This document shows, piece by piece, positions 61,441 through 64,000 of a DNA stretch of 64,000 nucleotides (positions within the stretch are counted from its first letter, which is position 1; the number at the start of each line of letters is the position of its first letter). The notes below the pieces were generated by a model that searched no databases, was not told where the DNA came from, and worked only from the letters and a program-made list of their open reading frames with translations. Made by a program: the position numbers and the translations under genes. The stretch is from Clostridia bacterium (lineage in GTDB: Bacteria; Bacillota; Clostridia; DUPQ01). The stretch lies in assembly GCA_041678685.1 (NCBI GenBank), contig JBAYNV010000003.1, positions 24-64,023 on the forward strand, in the 5' to 3' direction.

Positions 61441-62232
61441 ATGGAAAATGTGGTCATTATCTCACTGTACATATTGAATCTTTCAGCAGGCTTACTGTTT
61501 GCCACACATTATTCCGCAAAAAAGATCGGAACATATTTAGGTGTAAACAGAAATAAGAAGATATCGGCATTAAAAGAATTGGTAGGCAGAAAGTATGAAA
61601 AGATACTGAATATAGATAAGAGATACATCAATGACTACATCATCCTAACCGTAGTTTTCATCATTATAGGGGTTATCACCGGGATCTATGCCGGTATATT
61701 AAAAGGATCGCTTATCATATCTTCAGGCGCAGTATTTATGATAAGCAGGAAAAATATACAGGAAAATGAAATCGGGGATATATTTAAAAAAAATGCATAT
61801 AAGCTGTACAGATACCTTGTCTCTCAGATACAGGCAGGAGTAAAGCCTAAGGATGTTATAACAAATATGTATAAGGTGACTGAAGATAAGAAGCTGTATG
61901 ACATATTAGCCGAGGCATCAGGCACATATTCTATTACCCTTGATGGCAGATCATATGCTGAGTGTCTCAAAAAACATATCAAAACAACTGATTGCGAACA
62001 CTTCGCAATGATACTGGAGGAGGACCTCCTTTATACAAAGAATGACATGCTTCTGTCCAGGATGGAGGAGATGATGTTTAACAGATACTTTTCTTACCAG
62101 CAGAAGAAAACAGACCGCATAAAGCAGAGGTGTCTGGCCTCTGTATGCATATTCGTACTGATCATTATGATAATGATTTCAATACCGCTCATCGCGGACC
62201 TTGAGGAAGCGCTAAAAAATATATTTATATAA
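61441..62232 (+). CDS. tadC: TadC-like (T2SS-F domain) inner-membrane platform protein
   Basis: Topology is similar to TadB; it is the second platform paralogue. Confidence 0.55.
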   Translation: MENVVIISLYILNLSAGLLFATHYSAKKIGTYLGVNRNKKISALKELVGRKYEKILNIDKRYINDYIILTVVFIIIGVITGIYAGILKGSLIISSGAVFMISRKNIQENEIGDIFKKNAYKLYRYLVSQIQAGVKPKDVITNMYKVTEDKKLYDILAEASGTYSITLDGRSYAECLKKHIKTTDCEHFAMILEEDLLYTKNDMLLSRMEEMMFNRYFSYQQKKTDRIKQRCLASVCIFVLIIMIMISIPLIADLEEALKNIFI

Positions 62233-62244
62233 AGGAGAAAAGAA

Positions 62245-62451
62245 ATGAATGAACTGACAGGATCGGACAGAAAAAGAGGTTTCGGTATATCCGAAATAAT
62301 AGGGATAGCAGTGGTGCTTCTGATCGCCGCCATAATAGTAATCCCGGGATTAAAAAATATTTCCCTTGATATCATGACAAAATTACGTACTTGGGTCGAT
62401 GGTATACTACCACAGATATTCGATGCAAGTCCGACACCTGCATTTCAATGA
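62245..62451 (+). CDS. flp: Flp/type IVb-like prepilin (68 aa)
   Basis: Leader MNELTGSDRKRG, then FGISEIIGIAVVLLIAAIIV. There is a Gly at -1, Phe at +1 and Glu at +5 relative to the predicted prepilin-peptidase cleavage site, followed by a hydrophobic helix. Confidence 0.55.
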   Translation: MNELTGSDRKRGFGISEIIGIAVVLLIAAIIVIPGLKNISLDIMTKLRTWVDGILPQIFDASPTPAFQ

Positions 62452-62459
62452 GGTAGAGC

Positions 62460-62834
62460 ATGGCTGAAAGGATAATAGTCTCCGTTGTGGTCCTGATGTT
62501 GATACTGTGTATATTCGTATCAATAGTGGATGTTTTAGCGCTGATATCCAAAAACCTTGAATTCCGGGACATCTGCAGGACCTATATGATCATTACTGAG
62601 CAGGATTCAGGCCTTAGCGGCAGTTACAGGGAAAACCTTGAAAATGACCTTCTATCCTGTGGGTTTAGCGATATCGTCATTAATATACCGTACTCGATCA
62701 GATATGGGTCTGTATTCAGTTTCACTGTATCGGCATACTACAGCATCAATACCATCACAGACTTGTTTGTACGATCTGATGAACAGCATATCATGAGATA
62801 TGACCAGTTACTTACCGCAAGAAGGATCGGGTAG
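62460..62834 (+). CDS. TadE-like pseudopilin
   Basis: N-terminal TM IIVSVVVLMLILCIFVSIV after a short leader; 124 aa. Confidence 0.5.
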   Translation: MAERIIVSVVVLMLILCIFVSIVDVLALISKNLEFRDICRTYMIITEQDSGLSGSYRENLENDLLSCGFSDIVINIPYSIRYGSVFSFTVSAYYSINTITDLFVRSDEQHIMRYDQLLTARRIG

Positions 62835-62835
62835 A

Positions 62836-63309
62836 ATGAAAGAAGGAATGGATAATAAAAGAGGCAGCGGTGCAGCAGCGGCAGTGATAGCAGTATCTGT
62901 CGTGATATATGTGATATTGCCTTTATTCACATCAATCATACAGAAAGCGATAATATATCATGAGACTGCAAGAATAAAGGATGTTATAGAGTTTGCTGTA
63001 ATGAGTCTGGCAACATGTAATGACACGTTATCATTTTCAGAAAAGGATCTTGTTTTCTACACAGAGGAATATGATCTTACAGGTATTGTATATGATCAGG
63101 TATCAGTACAGCTGAAGGATATGGTCGATTTGAATAAAGAAGACATCAAAGCGGTCGTATGTGCGAAAGGCACGCCATGCATATGTGGATATATTTCAGT
63201 ACATCTCCTAATATATGTTGATATTGATGCGACACTGAAATTTCCCGGTATTTATCGGAATTCACATGCTTTTTCGGTCCATTTCCACATAGAACTGCCG
63301 GTCACATAA
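62836..63309 (+). CDS. TadE/TadF-like pseudopilin
   Basis: GSGAAAAVIAVSVVIYVILPLF N-terminal segment. The start at 62836 is preferred. Confidence 0.45.
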   Translation: MKEGMDNKRGSGAAAAVIAVSVVIYVILPLFTSIIQKAIIYHETARIKDVIEFAVMSLATCNDTLSFSEKDLVFYTEEYDLTGIVYDQVSVQLKDMVDLNKEDIKAVVCAKGTPCICGYISVHLLIYVDIDATLKFPGIYRNSHAFSVHFHIELPVT

Positions 63310-63322
63310 TGAAAGGAATGAA

Positions 63323-63949
63323 ATGACAAAAAGAAAGTACTTTATTTTAGCACTGGTGATAGCGGTGCTTCTGACAGCTGTCCAGATCGCGATATCAAAA
63401 TATGCGGTCAAAAGTGATGAAGGATATATTTATGTTGCAAACAGGGAAATACAAAAAGGCGATACCGTAACGGTATCGGATCTGCAGAAAATAACCGTAT
63501 ACGGTTACACCGGTGAAATTATTTTTACGGATAACATGTTTTCTTTATTGGATATAAGAAAAGGTGACGTTGTAAATACAAGTTGTTTTGACAATGCTAT
63601 GTATACGGATAAAGACAGAATGATATCTGTTACGGTTGATGCTGACAGATCAAACGGCGGGAATATAAGAGGTAATGAAACAGTAGATATATATGTGATC
63701 CCCGATATGACAGATTTTCAACCATATGAAATGAAATGGCTTGAAGAAGTACTTTCAAGTATAGATATAGCATATCTATCTGATAAAGATGTCGGATTCA
63801 TGCTTAATGATGTATGGGTGGACGATGTGATCACACAGAATGCAGGATCGTCTATAGTGAGCCTCAGAGTGGCTTCTCCGACAGATATACTGCTTTCTTT
63901 TCTTAAAAATAAATGTGATATAGAGTTCATTGTTACAGTAGAACATTGA
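63323..63949 (+). CDS. cpaB: CpaB/RcpC-like Flp pilus assembly protein (SAF domain)
   Basis: N-terminal TM, then YIYVANREIQKGDTVTVSDL as a SAF-domain signature. Confidence 0.6.
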   Translation: MTKRKYFILALVIAVLLTAVQIAISKYAVKSDEGYIYVANREIQKGDTVTVSDLQKITVYGYTGEIIFTDNMFSLLDIRKGDVVNTSCFDNAMYTDKDRMISVTVDADRSNGGNIRGNETVDIYVIPDMTDFQPYEMKWLEEVLSSIDIAYLSDKDVGFMLNDVWVDDVITQNAGSSIVSLRVASPTDILLSFLKNKCDIEFIVTVEH

Positions 63950-64000
63950 TATAGAATAATAAAAGCCTTTATGATATAATTAGTGCGTTAGTTTTATCAT

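Overview
This 64-kb window is AT-rich and looks like low-GC Firmicutes (Clostridia-type) chromosomal core. About 90% of the coding sequence is on the + strand and coding density is high.

The recognisable backbone, in order: patatin-like lipase and a HAD-IIA hydrolase; rho, rpmE, a DUF1385 gene, prmC, mazG and an S4-domain gene; infC-rpmI-rplT with an upstream leader; a TrmH-family methyltransferase; orphan hisI and hisE; a DEAD-box helicase; pcp; pfp and fba; engB; ilvE (minus strand); pepP; nusB-xseA-xseB-ispA-dxs-tlyA; tRNA-Trp; an ABC transporter; a SpoIID/LytB gene followed by queA-tgt-yajC; rplI-dnaB; tilS-hpt-ftsH; and a SAM-I riboswitch in front of metK.

Both window edges carry Tad/Flp pilus modules:
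- Positions 1-3021 encode TadE-like, a 661-aa TadG-like and another TadE-like protein, which looks like the tail of one locus.
- Positions 58108-63949 encode a TadZ-like protein, CpaF, TadB, TadC, a Flp pilin, two TadE-like proteins and CpaB, which looks like the head of another.
- The TadZ-like protein in the second locus carries an N-terminal Hanks-type pseudokinase domain.

The most unusual element is a compact three-gene minus-strand cassette at 16294-19700. It sits between pcp and a QueT-like gene and encodes three proteins:
- a MotA/ExbB/TolQ-like proton-channel protein with a roughly 300-aa helical C-terminal tail;
- a MotB-like protein with the conserved transmembrane Asp, a roughly 140-aa coiled coil and an OmpA-like C-terminal domain;
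- a soluble TPR-like protein.

No flagellar genes are present in the window. This looks like a Zorya-like, or possibly novel, ion-driven stator-type system and is the best candidate here for an undescribed system.

I saw no CRISPR arrays, transposases or integrases.
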